DNA of 64,000 bases from Glaucostegus cemiculus (taxonomy: Eukaryota). Positions within the stretch are counted from its first letter, which is position 1, and the number at the start of each line of letters is the position of its first letter. The stretch is from the NCBI GenBank assembly GCA_976551045.1, contig CDPCPM010000114.1, positions 24,056,001-24,120,000 of the forward strand, written 5' to 3'. A program made the translations under genes and the position numbers. A model generated the notes under the pieces. The model ran no database searches and was not told the DNA's origin. It saw nothing but the letters and a program-made list of their open reading frames with translations. Of this stretch, positions 50,138-63,123 are shown in pieces.

Positions 50138-51402
50138 ATACAGAACATGGGACAGTGCAGCACAGGAACAGGCCCTTCAACCCACAATGTCTGCACCCAA
50201 CATATTGCCAAATTAAATTAATTCTCTTCTGTCAGTACATGATTCATATCCCTCCATTCCCTGCATATCCATGTCTCTAACAGCTTCTTAAACACCACTG
50301 TTGTATCTGCTTCCACCACTCCTCCCGGCAGTGCATTCCAGGCACCCACCACTCTCAGTTTAAAAAGAAACTTGCCTCACATATCTCCTTTAAACTTTCC
50401 CCCTCTCATCTTAAATGCATGTCCTCTAATATTTGATATTTTTACACTGGGAGAAAGATTCTGACTATATTCATCTCTCATAATCTTATCAACCTTTATC
50501 AGGTCTCCCCTCAGCCTCTGACACTCCAGAGAAAACAACCCAAGTTTGTCCAACTTCTCCTTGTACCTAATGCCCTCCAATCTAGGCAGCATCCTGGTGA
50601 ACCTCCTCGTCACCCTCTCCACAGCCTCCACGTCCTTCCTATAATGGGGTGATCAGAATTGCACACAGTACTCCAAGTGAGGTCTAACTAAAAGTTTTAA
50701 GGAGCTGCAACACAACTTCCTGATTCTTATACTCAATGCCCTGACCAATGACATCAAGCATGTCAAATGCCTTCTTTACCACCCTATCTACTTGTGTGGC
50801 CACTTTCACCCAGTATGGACTTTGACTACAAGATCCCTCTGAACATCAATGCTGTTCAGGGTCATGCCATTAACTATATACTGTCCCCTTACATTAGACC
50901 TCCCAAAGTGCAACACTTCACACTTGTTTGGATTAAACTCCATACGCCATTTCTCCATCCATATCCCACTGCATCTTTGATCGTCCTCTACTCTGTCCAC
51001 AACTCCACCAACCTTTGTGTCATCTGCAAACTTTTCATTTTCATCCAAGTCCTTATATTTATTTGGCCCCAGTACTGATCCCTGTGGGATACCACTGGTC
51101 ACAAACTTCCAACCAGAACAACACTACCTTCGACCACTACCCTCTGTCTTCCATGGGCAAGCCAATCCTGAATCCAAACTACCAAGTCACTGTGGATCCC
51201 AAGCATCTTAATCTTCTGGATGAGCCTACCATGAGGGACCTTGTCAAATGCCCTACTAAAATCCATATAGACAACATCCACTGTCCTACCCTACACTCAC
51301 CAATCACCTTCTCAAATAACTCAATCAAGTTGGTAAGACATGACCTGCCCTGCACAAATCTATGCTGACTGTCCCTAATCAGGCCATGTTTCTCCAAATG
51401 CC
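50138..51402 (-). mobile_element. CR1 RT and 3' fragment
   Basis: QHRFVQGRSCLTNL, DVVYMDFSRAFDKVPHGRL, SGIPQGSVLGP, KFADDTK and MEFNPNKCEVLHFG motifs. Confidence 0.93.
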
Positions 51403-52019
51403 TGCAAAAATGTATTTGGTAGATAAATATCAACCATTTGTTTGATTAAATGCTGATGACACCTCCGCCTCCCCTCCACCACACCACTGCCCCCAAACCT
51501 CCCCAGCCAAAAATTGTGATTTATACTTAAAGTGAGAATCAGGTTGAGGACAGCTGTACGTTGGCAATTGACCTTGCAGCTCTTTATGAGTGTTGTTACT
51601 TTTCAGTCCAAGGGTGAACACTGTCCGGGTCTTGCTCCTGCAGGCATAGAGTGCTTCAGTATCGGGCGAGCAGTAAATGGAACTGAGAGCACAGTCCTTG
51701 TCCTGCAATACATGAAAAGTCACTGATGAATGGCTGGACTTGGGACCCTGGACATCCTGCAGCCATGTCCTGGGGCTGAGATGACCGACCTCCTACACTC
51801 GCGGCCAACATTCAGCAATCAATGTATTCTTCCACTGAGACACACAGCACCTTGCCTCACTGAAGCAGCCCTTGGAGGAACACAGTTTTGCCGCCCTTCC
51901 AAGGCACACAGTGATTGTTCAATGATTGCCAGTTGTGAACATTCACTGTGTACAAGTTAAACCATGGCACATAGGGAGTAATCCTCAGTATCGACCTTTC
52001 CTCCTTCACATTTCTGTCA

Positions 52020-52546
52020 GATCTGCTTTTTATTTTGAGATTTTTCATATTTCAGTGTAAACCAGTCATTAAAAAATATACAAAACATACAGAGAAGCAG
52101 ATTTCTTTACATTCATGATGTGGTTCAGTCAAGACATTCACGGTGTTATTGGTTCTAATAAGTTGGAAGTCTGACCACATTGCCACCTTTGTGGCCCCCT
52201 TTGGGTGACACCAAATTTCCAGAGTGCGGGAGGCTTTCACCCAGGGCTTTGTCCCTCAGTGTCTAGTGGCAGAAGGACCTTAGGCTGCTGTTCTTCCCCA
52301 CAAGCCCGATGCATTGGCTGCACCAAGCTTCAGTGCATCCCTCAGTGTGTACTCCTGCAACCCGGAATGTGTCAGTCAGCAGAGTTCCATTATGGACATC
52401 CTATCGTTCTGGAAGACCAACAAGTTTCAGGCAGACCAAAGAATGTCCTTCACTGAGTTGAAGATCTTCTAGCAGCACTCGGGGTCTGTCTCAGTGTGTG
52501 TCCCTGTGACCAATCCAGAGATCAGAGAGCCCTCTGTCACGCAGCT
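52020..52546 (-). mobile_element. Tx1-clade LINE 3' end
   Basis: Manual minus-strand translation of 52546-52280: ...GTHTETDPECC*KIFNSVKDILWSA*NLLVFQ...LQEYTLRDALKLGAANASGLWG, the Tx1-type ORF2 C-terminus; AATAAA-containing 3' end near 52030. Confidence 0.75.
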
Positions 52547-52944
52547 ACCTTTTTATTTTGAGCTAAACCCTTTCTCACCTCAGGCCCCTGGAATCAAGGA
52601 TCAGCCTCGTGGTCTTTATTTCATTCCCATGACTCAAAGCTTTCCTATAGTGTGGGTGAGAATACTGAACACAACATTCAAGGCCCTGTCCTGAAATTCT
52701 GGGATTTTGCAATGTTATCGGCAGACTTGCAAATAACAAATGTAACAAAATATCATTAATTTTGGCTGCGGTCACAATGGAAACTCTTATTGCAACTTCC
52801 TCACTCTCTGCCACATCCTTGGCTAACCTACAGTGTAGACTGAGTATCTCTGCCCAATTCCCCATCCTTTTCCTGTTCCTTTGCAATTTCACTAGACTCA
52901 GCAGATCAGAAACATTGCCTTCTAGAAACCCTGGAACCACCAGT

Positions 52945-53300
52945 GGTAGTATCCACAGGAGATGCTGCCTCAACAAGGCAACATCTATCAAAGATCCCCA
53001 CCATTCCAGGCCATGCCATCTTCTCGCAGCTACCATCAAGCAGGAGGTACCTGAAGTCCCACACCACCAGGTTCAAGAACAGCTACTTCCCTTCAACCAT
53101 TCGGTTCTTGAACCAACCTGCACAACCCTAATCATTACCTCAGTACAGCAGCACCATAACCACTTTGCAATACACTGGACTTTTTTTTGTTCTGTGTTTT
53201 CTTGAAAAAATAATAGTGTATGATTTGTTTTTTCTTGTAAGTGCTGCTGCAAGTAAGTTTTTCATTGGACCTGTACATATGGCAATAAACTCGACTTTGA
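52945..53300 (+). mobile_element. Rex1 3' fragment (second subfamily)
   Basis: IKDPHH.GHAIFSQLPSSRRY...TTRFKNSYFPSTIRFLN motif; caataaac tail. Confidence 0.85.
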
Positions 53301-53559
53301 CGTTTTACGCTACACAATCCCAGTCAACAATAAAGCCCAAATGAGTGCCTGCTGCTTTCCACTCTTGTTCACTACCCAGGATGCTCAGTGCACATTGCCT
53401 GTTGGTAACCCTAAATATGGATCACAATTCAAAATTTTGTGACTTAATGGAGGAAGACATTAAAAAAAAGACCTAGAAATGGTGGGGGACAGGTCAAGAG
53501 TGAGTGAGGAGCTCAGAAGAAACACAAGTATTCAATAAATCTCCAATTACTTACATTTT

Positions 53560-54120
53560 ATGGTTTTGAAGGAGGTGGCTGTGGAGATAGTGGATGCAGT
53601 GGTTGTCGTTCTGTGAGCTTCCATCCATTCTAGAGCGGTTCCCACGGACTGGAAGGCAGTAAATGTAACCCCACTGTGTAAGGAGATGGAGGGAGTGACA
53701 TTGGTACTGGGGAAATTGATGGAATCGATTACGAAGGATGCAGAGAGACTTCAGTGGTGAGTGGTGCACACAATCTGATTGGGAGATGACATAACAGATG
53801 GAATATAATCAGGAAAAATGTGGGATCACATAGTGGTGGAAAAGCCTTGGCTGAGGTGTCTAGAACCAGGACTTACAATCTCAGATTAAGGGGTCAGTCA
53901 TTCAGAACTGAAATGAGAAGAGACCTCTTCACCCAGAGGGTGGTAAACCTCTCTACCTAAGAGGGCTGTGGAGATCCGGTCACTATATTGAAGACAGGGA
54001 TCAATAGGAATTAATATGCCAAGGTAAAATGGCACTGAGATCAACAATCAGCCATGATTGTCCTAAAAGTGGGGCAGGTATGAAGGGCTGAATGGTTTGC
54101 TCCTTGCATTTCCTGTGTGC
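53560..54120 (+). mobile_element. Internally deleted CR1 relic
   Basis: KEVAVEIVDA...VP.DWKAVNVTPL and FTQRVVNL motifs; gaagggctgaatgg..tgctcct tail. Confidence 0.7.
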
Positions 54121-54989
54121 AAAATCCTGATGCACTGCAGTACTTCACCACATCAAGCAAATGCTTGTTCAGACACTGGTCTCCTGTCTTCAAAAGTAAT
54201 GATAGCTGTTGTTTTCCAGGTCACATTCAGATAGCTAATCCTTAATATTATTCCTCATCCACTGTAGAATCGTGCTTGTCATCAAACCAAAGCTACTAAA
54301 ATTAAGATGTGTTGTATCATTTCTTTTGAAAATACGTTGTGTTTTTCTGCAGTGGGACCTCCAAGTTCTTTGGTTGTTATCACTTTCCAAGTGTTGTTAA
54401 ACCAACATGCCTCAGATGTTCCTGAAAACTCCTTTTAGGCGGTTTTAGGATCTGATTGTAAAGAAATTTGGCTGTTCCCTTTGACCCTCACCAATTTTTA
54501 ATCGATGCACCACAGAAAGCATCCTACCTGGATTGCATCACAGCTTGGTATGGCAACTGTTCTGCCTGAGGCCACAAGAAACTGCAGAGAGTTGTGGGCA
54601 CAGCTCAGCGCATCATGGAAACCAGCCTCCCCACCATGGACTCTGTCTATACCTCTTGCTGCCTTGGTGAAGCAGCCAGTATAATCAAAGACCCCACCCA
54701 CCCCAGACATTCTCTCTTCTATCCTCTCCTATCAAGCAGAAGACACAAAAGCCTGAAAGCACATTCCACCTGGCTCGGACAGCTTCTATCCTGCCATTAT
54801 AAGACTATTGAACAGTTCCCTAGTACAATAAGATGGACTCTTGACCTCAGAATCTACCTCATCATGACCTTGCACCTTTTGTCTGCTTGCTCTGCACTTC
54901 CTCTGTAACTGTACATTCTGCATTCTTTTATTGGTTTCCCTTGTACTACTTCAATGCAGTGTTGTAATGAATTGATCTGCATGGATGGC

Positions 54990-55473
54990 TGTTGTGAGAA
55001 ATCAACATGGCTGTCATGTGACAGTAATGACACTGACCCCCGCTGACCAGAGGGCAGCATTGCTCCTCTGATTGGAAGTGACACTACTGTCAATCAAGGT
55101 GTGGCTCCACCCACCCCTCAGGTGTGGGTGTATCTCTTGACTCTGAACCTGCCTGACCAGTTCCCTTTGTCTCTGGACTCATTTGTCCATTGGCTGTGGC
55201 AGAGACCTTTGTCTTTGACCTCCCCACTAGTGACTTATTCAAATCACAACAGTGAGGCTCCACCCAGCCTCTCAGCATCATAAAAAGGGCTGAACTCCAT
55301 AGCCCTATCTCTTTAATGACTCCCAGAAGTAGTGAGACAATGCTGCAGAGATGACCGGTAAGAGTGCATCACCACATGGTCAGGGAGTGTTCTACTCAGA
55401 CTCTGGGTAGTTTTAGAGCCAATGTCAGGGTGGGCCAGCATTGTGTTATACCCTGAAGTTGTACATTGTTATT

Positions 55474-55509
<36 letters not shown>

Positions 55510-55687
55510 ACTACCCCAGTTGTGATCCCTCCCTCGTGTTCATGGTACCCTACATGAGTGAGTGTGTGTCTGTTCCCGTCCATTCTGTCCCTGTCTTTGT
55601 CTTTGTGATTAAACTAGTTTTGATCTACAAAGCTCGTGTCCTGATTCCTCTATCCTTAAGAAAGTGAAAGAACCATTTCACACAACA
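54990..55687 (+). mobile_element. Solo LTR (698 bp) with 5-bp target-site duplication
   Basis: Termini TGTTGTG...CACAACA (perfect 7-bp inverted, TG..CA); TSD ATGGC at 54985-54989 and 55688-55692; TATA-like CATAAAAA 55279-55286; ATTAAA 55608-55613. Confidence 0.88.
55476..55507. repeat. (GT)16 microsatellite within the LTR
   Basis: Direct read. Confidence 0.95.
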
Positions 55688-56258
55688 ATGGCATGCAAAA
55701 CAAAGTTTTTCTCTGTACCTCAGTACATGTGATAATAATAGTAAACCAATTTACCCCCAATTTAAACAATTTTTTTATCAGTAATCATTCAGTACACTGG
55801 CCTAACCTGTTGAGAAAGTATTATATTTACTTTTAGTTGGGTTCTTGAACAAAATTGGCCAGTTTAGACCCATCCCCATATTCTCTTAAATCCATTTACT
55901 CCATCCCAGTGGCTGCTTTTACTGCTATTGTTATACTTAGTAACTTTCTTCTGCCGCACATTACTGTAGTTTAAAATTATAATATTTACAGTAAATACTA
56001 CAGCAACATTTACAGTATCAGTTTTCACTCTATGACTTTGTTGTTTTTGTTTCTGAGTGACAGCAAATATCAAACTTGCACTTTCAGTTGATGTGGAACC
56101 TTGCAACTAACCTCAGGTTACAGTAACAACACGGCCTTGATACTGTGACTGGACTAAGGCCTCATACCATACACAGATCTGTTCCAGCTCTTTTATTTCA
56201 ACATTGGCTGGAGTGTTGTAGAGTAAGAATGTTCCAGAATTTGGTGCTGGGTTATTGT

Positions 56259-56597
56259 GGGTCACAGTGGTGCAGCTAGTAGAGCCGCTGCCCGACAGTC
56301 CCAGGGACATGGGTTCAATCCTGAATTCCGGCACTGTCTGTGTGGAGTTTGCACGTGCTCCCTGTGACTGTGTGAGTTCCCCTGGGTGCTCCGGTTTCCT
56401 CCCACATCCCAAAATTCTGGGGGTTGGTGGGTTAATTGGCAGCTGTAAATTTTCCCTGGTGTACAGGTGAGTGGTAGAAACTGGGGTGGGGTTGATGGGA
56501 ATGTGGGGAGAATGATTAGGTTAGGATCAGTGTAAGTGAATGGTCAATGGACAGACTGTATGGACTGAAAGGCCTGTTTCCATGCTGTGTCCCTCCA
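56259..56597 (+). mobile_element. Full-length HE1-type V-SINE
   Basis: A-box tggtgcagctag, B-box ggttcaatcc (56312-56321), V-domain gtgtggagtttgcacgt..gggtgctccggtttcctcccacatcccaaa, CR1-like tail ggcctgtttccatgctgt. Confidence 0.92.
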
Positions 56598-56683
56598 CGA
56601 CTCCGTTCCTTCCTTTCTTTCACACTCACAGTAACAAGTGGACCTCTACCTCCTCCCTGCTCCTGCCCATCCACTGCCTGTTC

Positions 56684-56772
56684 CATAGAACAATACAGCA
56701 CAATACAGGCCCTTCGGCCCACCATGTTGTGCCAACCTTTAAACCACACCTAAGACTACCTAACCCCTCTCA
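56684..56772 (-). mobile_element. CR1 extreme 3' tail (same subfamily as 24280-24363)
   Basis: Close reverse complement of 24278-24362. Confidence 0.8.
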
Positions 56773-57129
56773 CTGACCTCTGCTGCTTCCTATCACCAAA
56801 GTGTTCAAAACCCTTGTGGCCTTGCTCCATCTCACCTCTGTAACTTCACCCAACGTTGCATCAGTCGTCTGCAGACTCCTGCTCCTCTCTTGCCCTCAGG
56901 ACGACCCTCTCCCAACCCCCTGCCTCTGCTCTGCCACTGAGTTCCGCACACAAGATGCCCAAGGTTTTGTGTGCTCTGACCTAGCCAGGAGGGAGGGGGA
57001 GAGAAAGCTCATGGAGAGGGTAAGTATTCTTGATGCCTGAGCTGCAAAAGTCTCGAGTCATGTGTTTTATTTCAGAGACCGACAGCGAGGAGGCGGAGTA
57101 CAGAGATGGCAGAGGAAGAAGGTGGAATC

Positions 57130-57430
57130 AAGGAGACATGAGACTGCAGATGCTGGAGTGCAGAGCAACAAACAACCCGCTGGAGGAACAAGCAGCATCC
57201 GTGGGGAGGAAGGAACAGTCAATGTTTCAGGTTGAGACCCTGCATCAATACTGAGAGTGGAGGGGTGGGGGAGGTGGTCAGTATAAAGAAGTGGGGAGTG
57301 GCGAGCCCAGACCCGGAGGTGATGTGTGGATTGAGGAGGGGTGCAAGATGACGGGCAGGTTGCGCCAGGTAGGGGTGGAATCAAGGACGGATTCACGGGG
57401 AACGGTTGTTGATGGCAGGCAGTGCTGGGA
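57130..57430 (-). mobile_element. Penelope-derived repeat with decayed hammerhead-like core at 57216-57253
   Basis: Minus strand cagta-TTGATGC-agggtctcaacct-GAAAC-ATT-gactg; same terminal block as 12285. Confidence 0.7.
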
Positions 57431-57779
57431 CCGTGCTGTCTGCTCACACTTAACCCGGCAAAGGCAGGCATGTGGCTGCATCACAAGAGGCAAGAGGATC
57501 CCATGTACGAAATGTTACAGAGATTTGGAAGAGGATAAATGAGGGGCAAGGCAAAATAACTATGACAGTCTCACAACTGGCCAGTTTGTGTGGTTGGTAA
57601 AGAAACCAATAGATCTGAATGGGGAGCTTAAGAGATGGGGAAGGAAATGGCAGGGAGCATCATATTTAAAATAAAAGGAGAGGAAAAGGAGGGCAGAGGA
57701 TGGGGAAGAGTTGGCCAGCAATAGTTGTTTTCTTTAGAGGAGTGGCTGTCAGGAAAAGGAAAACACCAGGGAAAAAGTA

Positions 57780-57938
57780 ATTAAGAGGCCCGTAGACAGG
57801 CACATGAATATGCAGAGAATGGAGGAATATGGACCATGTGCCGGCAGAAAAGATTAGTTAGGTGCATTGGCTTAGTTATTGTGGCACAACACGACGGGCC
57901 GAATGGCCTGTTCCTCTGCTGTACTGTTCTCTGTTCTA
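57780..57938 (+). mobile_element. CR1 3' tail
   Basis: agacaggcacatgaat...gggccgaatggcctgttcctctgctgtactgttct. Confidence 0.8.
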
Positions 57939-58782
57939 AAATGAGCTTTGGACAACATACTGGGCAAGAGCCAGAAGGAGTTATTAATTGAAAGGGAGGG
58001 GAGAGAAACAGGGGCAAGCCTCACGGCAAAGATCCTGTGCAGTGGAATGATTACAGAGAAATTAGACTCAAAAGTTATTTAGAATGATCTCAGTGCTTAC
58101 TGAGGCATACAAAAGCTCTGCTTAAGCCAGCTGGTCTACAGCCAAACATTATTGGAGGTGAGTGTTCACTGTGAATGCAACTAGTCAGTCCCTACTGCAC
58201 TATTTTATAGAGCTCATTTGGCCAACTTTAATAATTTGTGTGACCTATTTCCTTCATTTAAAGTAGAACCGTGCTTCTGTTGTGGACTGATGTGTTATAA
58301 GGCTGGAAAGGAACTAAATCTCATCCAACCTGTGTTGTCGGAGCATCGGGAAACCAGTTTCCATCCCTGAATGTTTTAAGATAATCTCCTGTTTTTAAGG
58401 CAACAGAAACTGCGTCAGATGCAACAACATGCACTCTGCAACATTTCATAACCAGTTGTGCAAACTCCCAATAAACCAGAACATTGTTTACAGTTGTAGC
58501 TCTGAGGAGCAGACCACATCCTTGGCACAAAGCTGCAGGTGGAGTATTTTTCTACATGAGACAAACAAGTTTAATATCTGCAAAAAAAAAAACGGGCAGG
58601 AATTGACAAGTGAAACAATTAAAGTGGATCAAAAGGCTTGCAAGATGAGCTCATGAGACTTGGTTCAAGGTTGATGAGGGTGAAGGTAAATAAATGTGAT
58701 GGGTTATAAAATGTGCACCAACCATAAAGAAAATGTAGATACGAAGATAGATCCTACACAACCTCATCTGTACACTTTGGTT

Positions 58783-58942
58783 ACAGAGTCATACAGCACA
58801 GAAACAGGCCTTTCAGCCCAGTGGTCCATGCTGACCAAGGTTCCTACCTAAGCTAGTCCCATTTGCCCATGTTGGGCCCATATCCCACTAAACCTTTCCT
58901 ATCCATGTACCTGTCCAAGTGCCTTTTAAATGTTGTTAATGT
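58783..58942 (-). mobile_element. CR1 3' tail
   Basis: Collinear with 2103-2241 and 46932-47050. Confidence 0.82.
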
Positions 58943-59554
58943 GGTCATTATTAAATCTACATGCAAAATTCTTTCTGTATCACACAGACACTAAGTTTCA
59001 CTTCCATGCAATTAGTAGGTTTAGATAAAGTAACGCCTGGAGTAAAAACAAACAATTGGGAAATTCAACAAATTAGGAATGAAGAAACAGAAGCAAGTGC
59101 CAGCTACCATTAATGGAGGGGAAGGTTGCTGCTGCATGACATGCTTGTTCACACACACCTGACCCACTTACCTTCTATCCGCTGTGTTTCATTCCAGGCA
59201 AGTTTATTCTGAACAAGTTTCCAGTGATTTAGATACAAATTATAGCTTAATCATTCTGAAAACAAAAGATTGCCAGTAATTCTGGAATTGCATTAAAAAT
59301 CTCAAACGATGAAGAACAGACAAAATGGTGCATCTGCAAACTAACCAGAACTGTCCCACTTCAGAAGAGAGGGAAATTAATGAACCCACCTGAACCTGAA
59401 GCCGGAATGATAATTAAACTTGGTGCTTCACAACTGCCTCATCAATTTCCAATTACCCCCAAGCCAACATCTAAAGGGACACAGTCCACCTTGGCACCAG
59501 AATTATATATTACTTGTTCAATTACTGTCTTAATAAAACAGGGCATCATTTGAC

Positions 59555-61115
59555 GTGAACATGAGGAAAGCACCTGGCCCAGATGGTGTCGTGGTCGCGT
59601 GCTCAGATCTTGTGCTGACCAGCTGGCAGAAGTATTTGCGGACATATTCAACCTCTCCCTGCTTCAAACTCAGGTTCCCTCCTGTTTTAAGAAGACCACT
59701 ATCATCCTGATACCAAAGAAAAGTAAGGTACCATGCCTCAATGACTACTGACCAGTGGCTCTGACATCCACCATCATGAAGTGTTCTGAGAGGTTGGTCA
59801 TGGCACATATCAACTCCAGCCTCCCAGGCAACCTGGACCCGTTGCAATTCACCTACTGGTGAAACAGGTCTACAGCAGGTGCCATCTCCCTGGCCATCAG
59901 CTCTGGAGCATCTGGACAAGAAAGACACGTATGTTAGACTATTGTTTATTGACTACAGCTCTGCCTTCAATACGATAATTCCAAGCAAGTTTTTCACCAA
60001 ACTCCAAGACCTAGTTCTCAGCTCCTCCCTCTGCAACTGGATTCTTGACTTTCTAGCCAACAGACTGCAATCAGTGAGGATAGGCAGCAATACCTCTGGC
60101 ACAATTATTCTCAGCACTGGTGCCCCACAAGGCTGCGTCCTCAGCCCTCTACTCTCCTCCCTATACACTCACGACTGTGTGGCCAGATTCTGCTCCAACT
60201 CCACCTACAAGTTTGCAGATGATACCACTGTTGTGGGCCGTATCTCCAACAGCGATGAGTCAGAGTACAGGAAGGAGATAGAGTACTTAGTGGAATGGTG
60301 TCATGACAACAACCTTTCCCTCAATGTCAACAAAATGAAAGAGTTGGTCATTGACTTCAGGAAAGGGGGCGGTGTACATGCACCTGTCTACATTGCTGAG
60401 GTCGAGAGGGTGGAGAGCTTCAAGTTCCTGGGTGTGAACATCACCAACAGCCTGTCCTGATCTAACCACATAGATGCCACAGCTAAGAAAACTCACCAGC
60501 GCCTCTACTTCCTCAGGAGGCTGAAGAAATTTGGTTTGTCCCCTTCGACTCTCACCAACTTTTACTGATTCACCATAGAAAGCATCCTATCTGGTTGTGT
60601 CACGGCTTGGTATGGCAACTGCTCTGTCCAGGCCCACAAGAAGCTGCAGAGAGTTATGGACACAGCCCAGTGCATCACGGACACCAGCCTCCCCTCCTTG
60701 GACTCTGTCTTGGTGTAGCAGCCAACATAATCAAAGACCCCACTCATCCGGGACATTCCCTCTTCTCTCCTCTTCCATCGGGTAGAAGATACAGGTGCCT
60801 GAGGGCACATACCACCAGACTTAAAGACAGCTTCTTCCCCACTGTGATAAGACTATTGAACGGTCCCCTTGTACAATGAGATGGTCTGTGACTTCACATT
60901 CTACCTTATGTGACCTTGCACCTTATTGCACTGTACTTTCTCTGTAGCTCTGACACTTTATTCTGTACTGTTACTGTTATTCACTGTACTACAATGCACC
61001 TTGTACTAACTATGTAACTGCACTGTGTGGTAAATTGACCTGTACGAATGGTTTGTAAGACAAACTTTTCACTGTACCTCGGTTCAAGTGACAATAATAA
61101 ACCAATACCAATACA
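59555..61115 (+). mobile_element. Rex1/Babar LINE, 5'-truncated, whole RT domain but inactivated
   Basis: [37 protein letters not shown] and [11 protein letters not shown] motifs; in-frame stops (e.g. 60458-60460); aataataaaccaatacc tail. Confidence 0.95.
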
Positions 61116-61309
61116 TGAGAGTACAATGTTGTAAGAAATCTGCTTGTCTTATAGTTTATACCTTTGTTGGTTTGCAATGGATCAGTGTCGAGTGAACTTT
61201 GAGTTTGTGTTGCTGGCAGCTGTACCTGCCAATTCACAATGAACACTGACAAGTCATGGTGTGAAGTGAAGATTATGCCAACCACCAACATTTCAAACTA
61301 ATGTCCTCT

Positions 61310-61960
61310 GCACACACATCCCTCATCCAAACAAAGCAGGACAAACCCAGTCAGTCTGGAGAGTGATGGGAGAAGCCATTGACCATGCCATCAGACAGCA
61401 CCTACTCTTCAATAATCTGCTCTCTGTTGCCTGGTTTGAGTTTTGCCAGGACCACTGGGCTCCAGAACAGGGTTAATCATCCCAGATCATCACTGCAGGA
61501 GCTCCTTGGGGGAGTGCCCTAGGCCCAAGAATCTTTTGCTGCTTCATCAATGACTTTCCCTCTGTCATGACAGAAGTGGGGATGTCAGCTAATAATTGCA
61601 CAATGTTTAATTCCATTTGCAACTCCTTAGCAAATGAAGCAGTCAATGCCTGTCTGCAGCAAGACCTAGATGACACTCAAGTTTGGGCTGATAAGGGGCA
61701 AGCAACACTTGAACATTACCATCTCCAACAAGAGAGTGTAACCACCTACCCTTGATGTATAATGTCATTACTATCGCTGAGTCCTCGCCACCAACACCCT
61801 GGGAGCTACCATTAACCACAAATTCAGCTGATCAGCCACATCAATATTGTGCCTGCATGAGCAAGTCAGGGACTGGGTACGCAGCAGCAACTAACTCACC
61901 TCCTGACACTGTGAAGCCTTTTCCACCATCTACGTGGCAAATTAGGTCTGTAATGGTTTG
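61310..61960 (+). mobile_element. CR1-clade RT relic (distinct family)
   Basis: AGAP.GSALGP.IFCCFINDFPS..EVGM.A.NCTMF...LQQDLDDTQVWADK. Confidence 0.8.
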
Positions 61961-62559
61961 ATCCGTCCCACCCACAGTGAGAGGTCCACAGGTGCAGCAG
62001 ATCAACATAAGGACTACACGCTTCTGGGCCTGTCCCTTGGATCTCCTCCAAATTTTCCAGCTTGTGTAAGGGCAACCTCTCTGTCTCTCTCCATCCTTGG
62101 CTAATGGCTGAGTGTGAGGTCACCAACATCTACATCCATGTCTGTAAGTGTAACCAACCCTAACAATTAACATCCTTGAGAAAAATGGATTGACAGAGTT
62201 TCAGAAGCACAAAGGTGGCAAGTGTGACACCAAGGACCAAGTGTGTATGTGTGTCTCTGATGGCTGTTATGTTATTTTTATGGGACGAGCACCTGAGGAG
62301 GACGGTATCTCGCTCCTATGCATACTATGTATGTATATGGTTGTGACAATAAAACTGATTCTGATTCTGATTCTGAAGGACGTGGGATGGGGCCTTTAAA
62401 GGGGAATTTAAAGGAAAGCAAACAAAGTTGAGTTTCTAGATGCTGTTGTTAGGTCGAGTGAGCCTGCTCCACCATTTAAATTAGATAGTCACCTCAACTC
62501 TGCATACCTGTCTACCGAGAGTAACCTTTCACCACTTTTGCTAATCAAAAATTTATCTG

Positions 62560-62713
62560 TGGAGACTCAAGAGATTGCAGATGCTGGGATCTGGGTTTTG
62601 ACCTGAAACGTCGGCAGTTCCTTTCCTCCCACAGATGCTACTCGACCCGCTGAGTTCCTCCAGCAGATTGTTTCTTGCTCCAGACTCCAGCATCTGTGGT
62701 CTCTTCTGTCTTC
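62560..62713. mobile_element. MITE-like Penelope-derived repeat with inverted termini
   Basis: gagactcaagagattgcagatgctgg...ccagcatctgtggtctcttctgtcttc; intact GAAACGTC at 62605-62612. Confidence 0.7.
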
Positions 62714-62794
62714 AAGAAATTCACCTTAGCTCTTTCCTAAATAGGTGACACTTTATTTTTAAACAGTAACCCCAGCTCTAAATTTTCACACAGT

Positions 62795-63123
62795 AGAATC
62801 ATGGAGTCACAAAGGCACAGCACGAAACAGGCCCTTCAGCCCACCAAGTCCATGCTGACCACCAAGCACCCATTTACAGTAATCCTACACTAATCCCATT
62901 TCATTCTTCCCACATTCTCATCAACACCTCCCCACACTCCACCAGTCACCTACACACTAGGGACAATTTACAGCAGCCAATTAACCTACCAACCTGCATG
63001 TCTTTGGAATGTGAGAGGAAACCAGAGTACCTGGAGGAAGTCCACATGGTCACAGGGAAAACGTGCAAACCCTACCCAGACAGTGCCCAAGATGGGAATT
63101 GAATCTGGATCGCTTGGATTGTA
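62795..63123 (-). mobile_element. HE1-type V-SINE
   Basis: Reverse-complement similarity to 56259-56597 across the V-domain and tail. Confidence 0.9.

Larger units (their letters stand above)
54461..55755 (+). mobile_element. Rex1 3' fragment interrupted by a solo LTR
   Basis: KKFG..LTNF..CTTESIL..AWYGN..IIKDPTHPRHSLF motif; the 3'UTR resumes at 55688 and ends ataatagtaaaccaatt. Confidence 0.88.

Noticed and set aside
51960-52030. U2 snRNA target next to the Tx1 relic
   Set aside because: The flank shows no similarity to U2 on either strand.
56259-56330. tRNA-like A/B boxes (also 48566 and 33094)
   Set aside because: These are SINE heads continuing into V- or Deu-domains; no complete cloverleaf.
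59879-60460. 193-aa reverse transcriptase ORF as a retron or host RT gene
   Set aside because: Part of a truncated Rex1 LINE with in-frame stops and a standard Rex1 tail.
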